From Octopus sinensis (Eukaryota): DNA of 64,000 bases. The translations under genes were made by a program, and so were the position numbers. Positions 52,877 to 64,000 of the stretch are shown here, piece after piece. The stretch is taken from NCBI RefSeq assembly GCF_006345805.1, contig NC_042997.1, positions 104,160,001 through 104,224,000 on the forward strand. Direction: 5' to 3'. Within the stretch, counting starts at the first letter, position 1; every line of letters begins with the position of its first letter. A model generated the notes under the pieces. It searched no databases. It was not told the DNA's origin and saw only the letters and a list, made by a program, of their open reading frames with translations.

Positions 52877-55756
52877 TACTTTTATTTTTATAGCGTGCTT
52901 TCACTTCACTACCGAGCGCAGCTCTGTGTGCCTTAGGTATGTGCTGTGATTTGTTGTGATGCTCTGATGGTTATTGTATGGAAAGTGTTCTGCGTAGGAT
53001 GTGTGCAGTGCCTAGTAGTGCAGATTTCTGTATGTTATATGTGTTTGTAAGTCCTGGTGTTTTTGTTATGTATTTGTCTGAATATTTTTTATCATGCCTA
53101 ATGCACCTACTATGATAGGAATTGTTTCTGTTTTTAGATTCCACATTCTGGTTAGCTCTATTTCCAGGTCTTTGTATTTTGAAAGTTTCTCCATTTCTTT
53201 TAGAGAAACGCTGTCATCTGCCGGTATTGATACATCAATTAGAAAACATTTTTTTCTTCATGATCTCTGACAACTATATCTGGTCTGTTGGCCTTAATTT
53301 TTCTATCTGTGTGTATCGGCATATCCCAGAGTATGGTTGCTTTCTCGTTTTCTGTGACCTTTTCTGGTGTGTGCCTATACCATCTTTTTTCTGTTGTTAC
53401 TCCATAATGTTGGCATAGCTTGCAACGTATGTAGGTTCCAACTCTGTCATGTCTGTGAACATATTCCTTCTTAGCCAGGACTGGGCAGCCAGAGATAATA
53501 TGATTTATTGTTTCTTGTTCATCTCCACATGTTCTGCAGTTACTTGTTATATTTCTTTTCATTACATGTTTTTGGTAATTTCTGGTGGGGAAGCTTTGGT
53601 CTTGTGCTGCAATTAAAAATCGCTCTGTTTCTGCTTTGAGTCCTGAGCTTCTCAACCATTGCTGGGATTTTTCTTTGTCTATTTCTTTTGCGTTTAGTTT
53701 AGTGCAGTATTTACCATGAAGGGGCTTTTCTTGCCATCGTTATATCATGTTTCGTTGCTGTTCTATTTTTAGTTTGGATTTCATTTCTTTTATAGCTTTT
53801 GTTGTTTCTTCATCATCATCATCTTCTTCTTCTTCTTCTTCTTCTTCTTCTTCTTCTTCTTCTTCTTCTTCTTCTTCTTCTTCTTCTTCTTCTTCTTCTT
53901 CTTCTTCTTCTTCTTCTTCTTCTTCTTCTTCTTCTTCTTCTTCTTCTTCTTCTTCATATTTATTAGGTGGTATGATTTCTTGCTTGTATTTGTCAGCTTC
54001 CTTAAATACTGAGAACAGTTTTTTGTTTTGCTCGTGTTTTGCCGCTATTTGTATCAGTTTTCCTTCCTTCTGAAGTAGATATTTTTGCAGTCCTATGGTG
54101 GTTATTTTATAGTAGTTTTCCAGTTCTATAAGGCCTCTACCACCTTCTATACGTTGTATATATAGTCTTTCTATGTCAGATTTTGGGTGATGCATCCTAG
54201 ATCCTGTCATTATTTTTCTTGTTTTCCTATCTATTTTGGTCAGTTCATTTAGTGTCCAGTTAAGGATATTGTAGTTGTAACATATAACTGGGACAGCTAA
54301 AGTGTTAATACCTATTATCTTGTTTTTAGCATTAAGCTCTGTTTTTAGTATTGATCTAACTCGTCTATAATATTCTTTTTTTATTTTCTCTTTCATTTGT
54401 GTGTGTTGTCTTATCTAGTTCATGGATTCCTAAGTATTTGTAAGTTTGGCTTTGGTCTAATTCTTTTATTTCATTGGTTTTATCTAGTGTGATGTTGCTA
54501 CTCTTAACTAGTTTTCCTCTTTTCAGGGTTACTTTGGCGCACTTTTCTAATCCAAATTTCATATCTATTTCTTTGGTAAATCCATTGAACTGTCTTTAAT
54601 AGTGTTTCCAGCTGTTTGTCATTTGCAGCGTATAGTTTTAGGTCATCCATATATAAAAGGTGGATGATCGTTTTGCCGTAACATTTATATCCGCATCCAG
54701 TTCTATTTAGCATATCAGATAGAGGTGACAGTGCCAAGCAGAAAAGGAGTAGAGAGAGCGTGTCTCCCTGGAATATTCCTCTTCTAATGGGGATGGCTTT
54801 TGTTTTCATGAGTCCCTCTTTTGTTTGGAGCTGTAGCAGTGTTTGCCATTTATTCATAGAGTGCCCTATGAATTTTATAATTGTTGGTGCTACTTTGTTA
54901 ATGGCTAGTGTTTCGAGGATCCATGTGTGGGGGATGCTATCAAATGCCTTTTCTATGGCTGTCTTCAGTTATGGCTTTATTAATCATTAGTTGATCTTTA
55001 CAGCCATATGATCCTTTGCGGCATCCTTTCTGCTCTTCTGGAAACAGGTTGTTTTCGTCCAGGTGCTTGTTCAACCTTTGCGATATCACTGCAGTAAATG
55101 CCTTGTACATTGTAGGGAGAGAGGTTATTGGTCTGTAGTTTTCTGGTTTTGCTGTCTCATTTGATTTAGGAATTAAGATGGTTTTCCCGTTCGTGAGCCA
55201 TTCAGGCATTGTCTCTGGCTCTGCTAGTATGTTGTTAAAGTTTTCAGCCAGCTTTTTGTGCATTCCTGTTAGATATTTCAACCAGAAGCTGGGGATCTTG
55301 TCATGTCAAGGTGCCTTCGAGTTGCTTAGTCTTTGCAGTGCCTGGGTGACCTCTTCAGTTGTTATGGTGGTCCAGAGCTGCTCAGATGCTAAGTTTGTTG
55401 TTTTAATACTCCTTTTTTTTTTTGGTTGTTCGTTCGCCGAGCATATTTCTCTCCAAAATTCTTCCACTTCTTCTGCCCTTGGTGCTGCAGTAATTTCTAT
55501 TTTATTTTTGCCAAGTTCTTGGTAGAACTTTTTGGGGTTGGAGTTGAACTTCTTGTTTTGTTCAAAGAAGCGCTGGCGTTTCTCGTACCGGCGGATCCTT
55601 TGTGCTTTGGCAAGGATATCTTGCTTCAGCTTTTCTTTTATCTCAGGTAAATCTTTTCCTGTGATGTTATATTTGCGGAGTATTTTTGTTTTCGTTTTGT
55701 TGCTCAGTAGCGTTGATTGTTTACTGATTTAATTAAGAATCGACAGATATTTTCTC
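52874..55756 (-). mobile_element. R4/Dong-like non-LTR retrotransposon (RT + CCHC + restriction-like endonuclease), 5'-truncated and frameshifted
   Basis: NYRPITSLPTMYK; EEQKGCRKGSYGCKDQL; RGIFQGDTLS; HLLYMDDLKLY; CRTCGDEQETINHIISGC; NRPDIVV; ends QKSALLGTAHILRRTL. (TAA)n on both flanks. Confidence 0.9.
53809..53955. repeat. (TTC)n/(TCA)n tract inside the R4-like ORF
   Basis: In-frame poly-E/D on the minus strand. Confidence 0.97.
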
Positions 55757-55967
<211 letters not shown>

Positions 55968-55968
55968 T

Positions 55969-56170
55969 AGGCGGCGAGCGGGCACAAACGTTAGCACGCC
56001 GGGCGAAATGCTTAGCGGTATTTCATCTAACGCTACGTTCTGAGTTCAAATCCCGCAGAGGTCGACTGCCTTTCATCCTTTAGGGTTCGATAAATTAAGA
56101 AACGGTCAAGTACTGGGGTCGATGTAGTGGACTATCCCTCTCCCTACAAATTCCAGGCCTAGTAGAAAGG
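55969..56170 (+). mobile_element. SINE family B copy
   Basis: GGCGGCGAGCGGGCACAAACGTTAGCACGCCGGGCGAAATG...GAGTTCAAATCCC. Confidence 0.75.
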
Positions 56171-56184
56171 ATTATTATTATTAC

Positions 56185-57443
56185 TCGGAGTCTGGTTCGG
56201 ACCAGATCTCCGGGTAGATAGGAACTGGGAAGAGGCCATGACTATGGCGACCAAGCTCACCCTGAAATGGGCAAAAAAGGAAAAGGAAGCTGGGCGAAAG
56301 TAGCGAAGGCATATATCGCCTCGGTAGTGGTACTTTGTCTTAAGAAAACTCTAACCAGATTGGAGCGCTTACTTTTCCGATTCTTATGGAAGGGTCTGGC
56401 TCCGCTGGTCAGAAAATCTATCTGCTGTCAACACACGCACAGTGGTGGTCTTGGGATGCCAGCCTTGATGATGCGGCGCTACGTCTTGAGGTTGTCGCAC
56501 CTACAGAAATATCTAAATCACTTCGATGATATGGACGACGAAGATGACGACGACGATAACGAAAATGAGGGTGAAATTGTGTGAGCATCTTTCGTGCGAC
56601 ACGTCTTTTCGCAGCACATCTCGTTGACAGAGCTGTAGTCAGGGGTTATAAGGTTGGACGTTTGGCATCTAGATTGTTGCCAGGAGCTCACTGCCCAAAG
56701 CCGTGAGCGGGAAAACAACCCAATAGGAGGCCAGTTGAAGGTATAAGTGATGATGGCCTAGAACTGAATCTAGGTATCGACGAGAACAGTTTGAGTATAC
56801 TCTTCCAGAGGACCTTCGGGTCGAAGATCATGGACAATTTCCAAAAGCCTTTGGCTTGACAGTGCTACAGAGGGCATTGCCCATTCGAGACCAGCGCTTC
56901 AGGCATGGAAATGTCAACAGCCGAATCTGCTTGAGATGCTTGCAAGAAGACGAAACCGTTCTTCATGCAATAATTCAGTATCCGTGCATTAGAGAGTTGT
57001 GGGATTGCGTGGAGCAGCTGCTGTCGCGTGTAAGGCATATTAAGCTGTCTGCCAACTGTATAGTGAAAAGTCGACACACCACCTTCCCTAAGCAGAGAAA
57101 GTAGACAAATCTTTCTCTGCTTAGTGGCTGTAGCAAAAGAGGCTCTGTGGTGGGCCCGTCTGAAAGGTTTGAAGACAAGTACATTCCTATATGGTCAAGT
57201 CATCATCAGTTTCTTCAAATATCGTTTGAAGAGGAAAGTGAGGGTAGGGAGGGAGGTGCTGCCTTCTAGTGTGTTTATCAAAAGGTGAACAATAGTGACA
57301 AGACTGGTGAAACTGAATGAATCTACTCTGAATATGCTTTTCTAAGCAAGAGGAAAGGAACTGAAAGAGGGAAAGTTTTCGCGAGGTTTACCCCGGATTA
57401 CTCTTGGTGGTCTGTCTCACTATTGGTGATTCTAGTTGTTTGT

Positions 57444-57445
<2 letters not shown>
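56185..57445 (+). mobile_element. Tx1/L1-clade LINE 3' fragment, decayed
   Basis: LERLLFRFLWKG...GGLGMP; ALPIRD...ICLRCLQEDETVLHAII...LWDCVEQLLSRV (paralogous to 6280-7428); (TTTA)n tail. Confidence 0.8.
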
Positions 57446-57482
<37 letters not shown>

Positions 57483-57711
57483 TTATTTCTCTACTTTCTA
57501 ATATATATCCTCTGTTACATCCTTTAGTGTGGTAGTATCTTCTCGATTGATGGTAGCCCCATATGTTTTTGTATTATTCCTGTGCTGTAACTCGTCCTTT
57601 GATATTATCCTCCATGTCTTGGGCTCTTGAGGCCAATAAAAGAAAACATGATGATGATGATGATGATGATGATGATCATCATCATCATTATCATCATCAT
57701 TATTATTATTA

Positions 57712-57813
<102 letters not shown>

Positions 57814-58655
57814 CATCATCAAATACTATTACATGCCAATTTAACAGGCAGGTATGTTACCCCGAAGTTTGGTGAGTACGAGCCTCCTCAAATCCATTGA
57901 ATACAGCATGACATTTTTCTACTGGATGAGAACGTGTCTCTCCCTTCTGATATGGAACCACGTAGATAGTAGTTTGGGTGCAATGCTTAATGAATGCATT
58001 ACCTCAGAAATACTTGTTATTTTTACCTTCTACAATCTTTTCATCGCTCTGGCTAAGCCTTGATATTTCTGAGCTTCCTCTTTGTGTGTGTGTGTGTGTT
58101 TTGGCATGGCTTTTACAATCAAATGGCACTGCAAAATCTATGACCTTACATTATTTGAAAGATTACAATAAACAGCTACAGAAAATACGGAGGCGTGGGG
58201 TGAAAAACAATCAATTGCTTTGTCTCTGACTGCCCAGTCTTAGAAAATATAGTATACATGTACACAGATGTCAGCTTGCAAAACCTGGTAGTGATGCCGA
58301 CATAATATTTGAACAGAAAAAGAAGTGGCATAAAAATACAGCAGAGAAAGGGACTATGTATCCGATATACAAAAACATTCAGTGAGTGCAAAGCTAATCG
58401 GTAGCATCATGTGGTAAAGAAACACCTGAATAAGAAGTTCAAAAGTCCAACAGATGATAATCTGTCAGTCTGAATGTCTGTCTCTCGCCCTCTTTCTCAC
58501 GCACACGCATAATCCAATTATAAAGATGTGCGAACAAAGATAACTACAACGTGAGAATTTAAAGCTCAAACATCTCTCTCATAACAGCCTATGGAATGTT
58601 AAAAACATATGCAACCAATTTAGCCATCAATGACAACCTTTAGCTTCATAAAATA

Positions 58656-59220
58656 TCGGGTTGTCCGGAAAGTTCGTGCCGATTTATAGTAGCTTAACTT
58701 TCGACTTATTTTAGAACATGGTTGAGTCCATAAAATAGGATTTAATTACACATCCATTTAGATCACAGTTTAAGCTAGCTTATCGTGGAAGAAGGTTTAT
58801 GTTCCTATAAACCTGTGTTAATTCTGTAACCCTTTAAAATGGAAGATAAGAACGTTCATTTTCGGCACTTGATGCTTTGAGATCCAGACTAAAATTGCTG
58901 CAGTTCAGCTGGGATGTGTTACTCACCCTCCATATTCACCAGATGTTGCTCCTTCGGATTTCCACTTATTCAGGTCTCTGCAGAATAGTCTTAATGGTAA
59001 ACATTTCAATTCCTTGGATGACGTAAAAAGATACCTTGATGAATTCTTTGCCATGAAACCACCTCAATTCTGGGAAGAGGGTATTTTCATGTTAAAGGAA
59101 AGATGGAGACACATTGTACAACAAAATGGTTTATATTTGGTTGATTAAAAATGTAAAGGCAAGTATTTATTGACCTTTTACTTTCCTTTAAAAATCGGCA
59201 CGAATTTCCATACAACCCAA
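58656..59220 (+). mobile_element. Internally deleted mariner (same TIR family as 12262-12477)
   Basis: TIRs plus TA; MEDKNVHFRHLM (ATG 58839) fused to HPPYSPDVAPSDFHLFRSLQN...RWRHIVQQNGLYLVD* (stop 59146-59148). Confidence 0.92.
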
Positions 59221-60059
59221 TATAACATCTAAGATTAGCGGTAGACCGATGAAAACAGACGATTGAATGTTCGCGGCTCAGGTGGTTGTGATATTACATT
59301 TGTTAAGTCATCTATTAGTAGAATAACACACTATCGATCTGTGCACTAAGGTTAAGAAGAGGTGGGAAACCTCAACATACGAGTCCCTATGATCGCTTCC
59401 TTGTAGTCACTCGATCTGTTTGAAATAACAGCCAATCCTCCTTCAAACACATTACAGAATATAGTCCTAAATAATCTTAAAAGAGAAGACTGAATGCTGG
59501 AATGCTTTTAAGTCTGCTCAGTCACGATTGATTATGGTTTAAACAACAACAATAATCCAAAATGTTTATATTTTCCTTTAGTTAGGTGAAAATGCCGTGT
59601 TCATTACCTATCACAAAGCCTCCAAGACTAGTGGGAGGAAGGAAGGCATCTCAAAAAGCGACCGTCCGATTGCATACCGAAGTGTGGACATTCCTAAAGG
59701 ACCCTATGAAACCATTTAGGGTGCTAAACCTGGCGAATATAAATCTAATAAACCCATTGCTGTTAGTTGACTATGATATGTTACATATAAGGATAGCCAC
59801 GAAAATGTCTTCAATGAGAAATTGTTATTTCATAGTAGATTTTACTTTATGACCAATATACGTTCACAAAAATGATCGAAACGAGAGAAAAATGATAGGA
59901 CTTCAACTAAGAATCGAAACGGCGTACATTCTATCTACTACATTTTCTATTCAGAGAACATATATTGATTTCTGCTTTTGTAAGCAATACCATTTGAGAG
60001 CATATACTTTGACAGTACGCTATGAGGATTCTTCACTATCTACATGGTTATTACATATT

Positions 60060-60110
<51 letters not shown>

Positions 60111-60585
60111 TATACATACATATATACATATGTATACATACGTACATACATGCGTGTCTGTGTGTCCGCATGTGTTAGTATGTGTTTGCGTTTTGTGCGT
60201 GTGTATTTGTCTGTATGTATCTGTGACTGTTTATCTGTTTGTGTCTCCGTGTGTGTCGTTTCTCGGTAAACTGAAGTCTATATGTCTAAATGATGGACTC
60301 GTTGACTTCATTCTTTTCCTATTTCTATTTGTTAATGTTGCAAGACCACCGCATTGAAAGAAAAGGAAGAGAGTGTGGGTAAGAGGTTGAAAGAGGAATC
60401 TTCTTACAAAAATATCAACAGATATCTATAGTAGTGGTCTTGGGATACAAGAACACGCAGAGAAAATAGATGGATAAGACATGTGTGCAAAACCTGTCAA
60501 GTCACATAAAAACCCCAACGAAGTTGAAAAGATGAATAAGTTGTAAGGTCAAACGCAGGTGCCAGTGGAATTCTTTTCTGAAATA

Positions 60586-60697
60586 TAATGATAATGATGA
60601 TGATGATGATGACGATGATGATAACAATAATAATAATAATAATAATAACAGCAACGACAGCATCAATAATAATAATAATAATAATAATAACAACAAC

Positions 60698-60778
<81 letters not shown>
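60586..60778. repeat. (GAT)n-(AAT)n compound microsatellite
   Basis: Direct inspection. Confidence 0.95.
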
Positions 60779-61061
60779 CATAATGTAAATTAAACAGTAA
60801 AAAACGCTTCCTATCATTGACAGTCGTGTATTTGAAATATGGAAGTCGAGTGTTACATATACATAAGTATGTTTATGTTTTTATTTATTTATTTTTCTTT
60901 TAAACAACATATGCTTGTTTATCTGGAGGTATCATTTCAAGATACAGCCGTGAGGATTACGGAAAATAAGTTAATATCGTTTGACTGGAAGGGGGTTTGC
61001 CCTAACAAGGGGCATTTAAACAGTAAAGGGAGCGAGATTTTTATCCTTGCTGTCATGTTCC

Positions 61062-61081
61062 ATCATCATAATCAGCATCAG

Positions 61082-61126
<45 letters not shown>

Positions 61127-61505
61127 AGTAATCACCATTGTCGGTGTCGGCGTCATACTCGTCGTTGCCATCATCATCATCACCACCACCAACAACAACA
61201 ACAACAATATTACCCTCCTCTTTTCCTCCTCCTCACCTCTTTTTCCTCCTCTTCTTTCACCTCGAAGGAGACGGTGTCGATACCGCCACCATCACCATCA
61301 TAATCGCCACCGTCGTCTTCGTCGTCGCCGTCGTCATTGTCATCATCGCCATGATCATCATCATCATTATCATCACCGTTGTGGTCATCGCCGTCGTCGT
61401 CGCCACCGTTGTCGTCACCATTATCGTTTTCGCTGCTGACGTCATCGCCGCTGTCGTCATCCTCGTTACCAGCATCATTGTCAGCATCATCACCATCGTC
61501 ATTAT
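61062..61505. repeat. Degenerate (CAT)n/(CGT)n/(CAC)n tract
   Basis: Direct inspection. Confidence 0.9.
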
Positions 61506-62759
61506 CTTAATACGTTTCTTACCACTTATATATTCTTCTTATTATTATTATCTAGGAGTTCCGGTTTTCGTCCTGTGTTCAAATCCCAGGCAAATACTGG
61601 TACTGGTAGTATCAACTGACACATACACATATATGTGTGTGTTTGTGCATGCGCGTGTGTGTGTGCGTGCGCGTGCGTGTATGTGAGTGTGTGTGTGCGT
61701 GTGTATAAATGTTAAAAATTCACTTAGGAATAAGATACTAATGAGATATTAGTAACCTGGTTTTAGACCTCTATATTCATATATGTGTGTTTGTGTGTGT
61801 GCGTGCGTGCGTGTGTATGTGAGTGTGTTTGTGCATGTGTGCGTGTGTGTATATGTGTGTGTGTGTGTGTATAAATGTTAAAAATTCGCTTAGGAATAAG
61901 ATATTAATATGATACCAATAACCTGGTTTTAGACCTCAATATACATATGCTTCAGAATAAAGCATTACTTGAGGACAGAGCGAAATATGAAGCTGAATAA
62001 ATGATAAGGGAACATGAATTGCGTAAGCGACTACATTAGCTTACAGCTGTTTCGGCTAAAGGATGCAGTACACTCAGCTCTAAGTATAGCAGAAGCGCTC
62101 GTTAGTTAATGTAGTTGATTACGTAATTTATCTTCCCTTGCCTTCCACTTTATAAACACGTATAAAACAAAAGTCAACTGAAAAATTAGTAATTTCACAC
62201 ACCCTTTAATTCCCATTTGTGTGGATAAGGAGTAATTCAGTATAGCGGGAATCTTGAGACAAAAGGTTCCTTATTACTGATTCTTCAATAAAGATATTAC
62301 ACAGCTGCTGGTGTATAAGAAATCAGGGTCTATCATAATCACAAACTAGTTCGGCCGTTCAAGATTTTGGACCTGGAGATCTCATTTCCAGCAACTTCGA
62401 GGGCCACCTAGCAGTGGTGTCGGGCGTCAACGAAGAGCCCTCCACTACAACAAGACGACCAAAATTTTTTTTCCAAGGTCTGGGGTCCTAGACCATCACC
62501 TAACCACCCTTACCTGTGTTGTTGCTTAACAACAATAACAACAAACTACTTCAGGAATTCTGCATGTGTAAATATGTCTAAACCCATAATCTCCGAGTGG
62601 TATTAGTAATAACATGACCTCTACCATTTGTGGTTAACGTCGAACAAAGGTATTTACGGGCAGCGTGGAAGTGCTTTCCGCTTTACCAAGAATACGTTCT
62701 AAAATGATTATATGCATCATATATGCTTCATAAGTCATATTGTAAAATTTAAAAAAAAC

Positions 62760-63150
62760 AGGAGTGGCTGTGTGGTAAGTAGCTTGCTAACCAACCACAT
62801 GGTTCCGGGTTCAGTCCCAATGCGTGGCATCTTGGGCAAGTGTCTTCTGCTATAGCCCCGGGCCGACCAATGCCTTGTGAGTGGATTTGGTAGATGGAAA
62901 CTGAAAGAAGCCTGTCGTATATATGTATATATATATATGTGTGTGTGTGTTTGTGTTTGTCCCCCTAGCATTGCTTGACAACTGATGCTGGTGTGTTTAC
63001 GTCCCCGTCACTTAGCGGTTCGGCAAAAAAGAGACCGATAGAATAAGTACTGGGCTTACAAAGAATAAGTCCCGGGGTCGATTTGTTCGACTAAAGGCGG
63101 TGCTCCAGCATGGCTGCAGTCAAATGACTGAAACAAGTAAAAGAGAGAGA
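62760..63150 (+). mobile_element. tRNA-derived SINE, family A (full length)
   Basis: A-box TGGCTGTGTGG, B-box-like GGTTCAGTCCC, internal (TA)/(TG) tract, tail GACTGAAACAAGTAAAAGAG; many copies in the window. Confidence 0.8.
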
Positions 63151-63666
63151 GACTTCTCGAAAAAACTAACCGACATTAATTATCAATTGGTCAATAGTTG
63201 AAGCAACTACATTGTATATAACTGACTCCTATAGATATATAGTTTCTTAGAAATGTCTAATATCTTAAACGTAAATTGCAAGAATTTAGCTGTTCATTTA
63301 AGCTCATTTCCTAATGTTCCCATGTTTCCATGAAAAATTGAATTATATTAGATAGTTCAAATGTTTTACCGGAGGACAGTTTATCATGTAGTTTGGCCGT
63401 GCGGTTGTACATACATACATAGATACACTTATATATGTATGTATGTATGTATGTATATACATATACATATATGTATGCGCGTGTGTGTGTATATATATTT
63501 ACGTACATAAACACATGCGTACATGGACACACATAAGTTCTTACATACATACATTACACGTGCATATATATACATATGTGAGCGTGTTTCGCGGGTGCTC
63601 TGTGTGTGTGTGTCTCTCTCTCTCACTCTGTGTGTGTGTATATATATATATATATAATATATAAGA

Positions 63667-63713
<47 letters not shown>

Positions 63714-63836
63714 TGTGTGTGGGTGTGTTGTGTGTGTGTGTGTGTGTGTGGTGTTTATTTATATATATTGTATATATTTACATATAAATGTATATATAGT
63801 ATATGATATATATATATATATATGTGTGTGTGTCTC

Positions 63837-63868
<32 letters not shown>

Positions 63869-64000
63869 TTTATGTGTGTGCATATTTATCGTGTTTCAAA
63901 CACGGAAATATTATATAATAACACTTGTGTTCTCGCTCCTGCTATATAGACTTTTTTTTCATGAATCGACTACTTTCTGTGTATTGAATAAACAGTTTAC

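Noticed and set aside
62760-62840. tRNA-gene-like A and B boxes here and at other SINE heads
   Set aside because: They do not fold into complete cloverleaves and continue into SINE bodies.

Overview
AT-rich eukaryotic DNA saturated with microsatellites and transposons. The SINE sequences and repeat density look cephalopod/Octopus-like (inference from recall, not a search). No host protein-coding gene can be confidently called; almost all listed ORFs are microsatellite artefacts. Recognisable elements are decayed LINEs (two Tx1/L1-like, two RTE, one CR1-like, one long R4/Dong-like RT+RLE element plus a fragment, a probable Penelope GIY-YIG relic), several mariner-derived MITEs and many tRNA-derived SINEs. 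The main result is a 2.6-kb array (24934-27565) of ~360-bp non-coding monomers embedded in (TA)n. Each complete monomer carries a minimal type I hammerhead ribozyme with a U3-A8 core (7 copies: 6 on +, 1 on - in an inverted arm). This is a candidate non-LTR retrozyme / Penelope pseudo-LTR-derived circRNA system. At least three other hammerhead-like repeat families occur in the window, also next to (TA)n.
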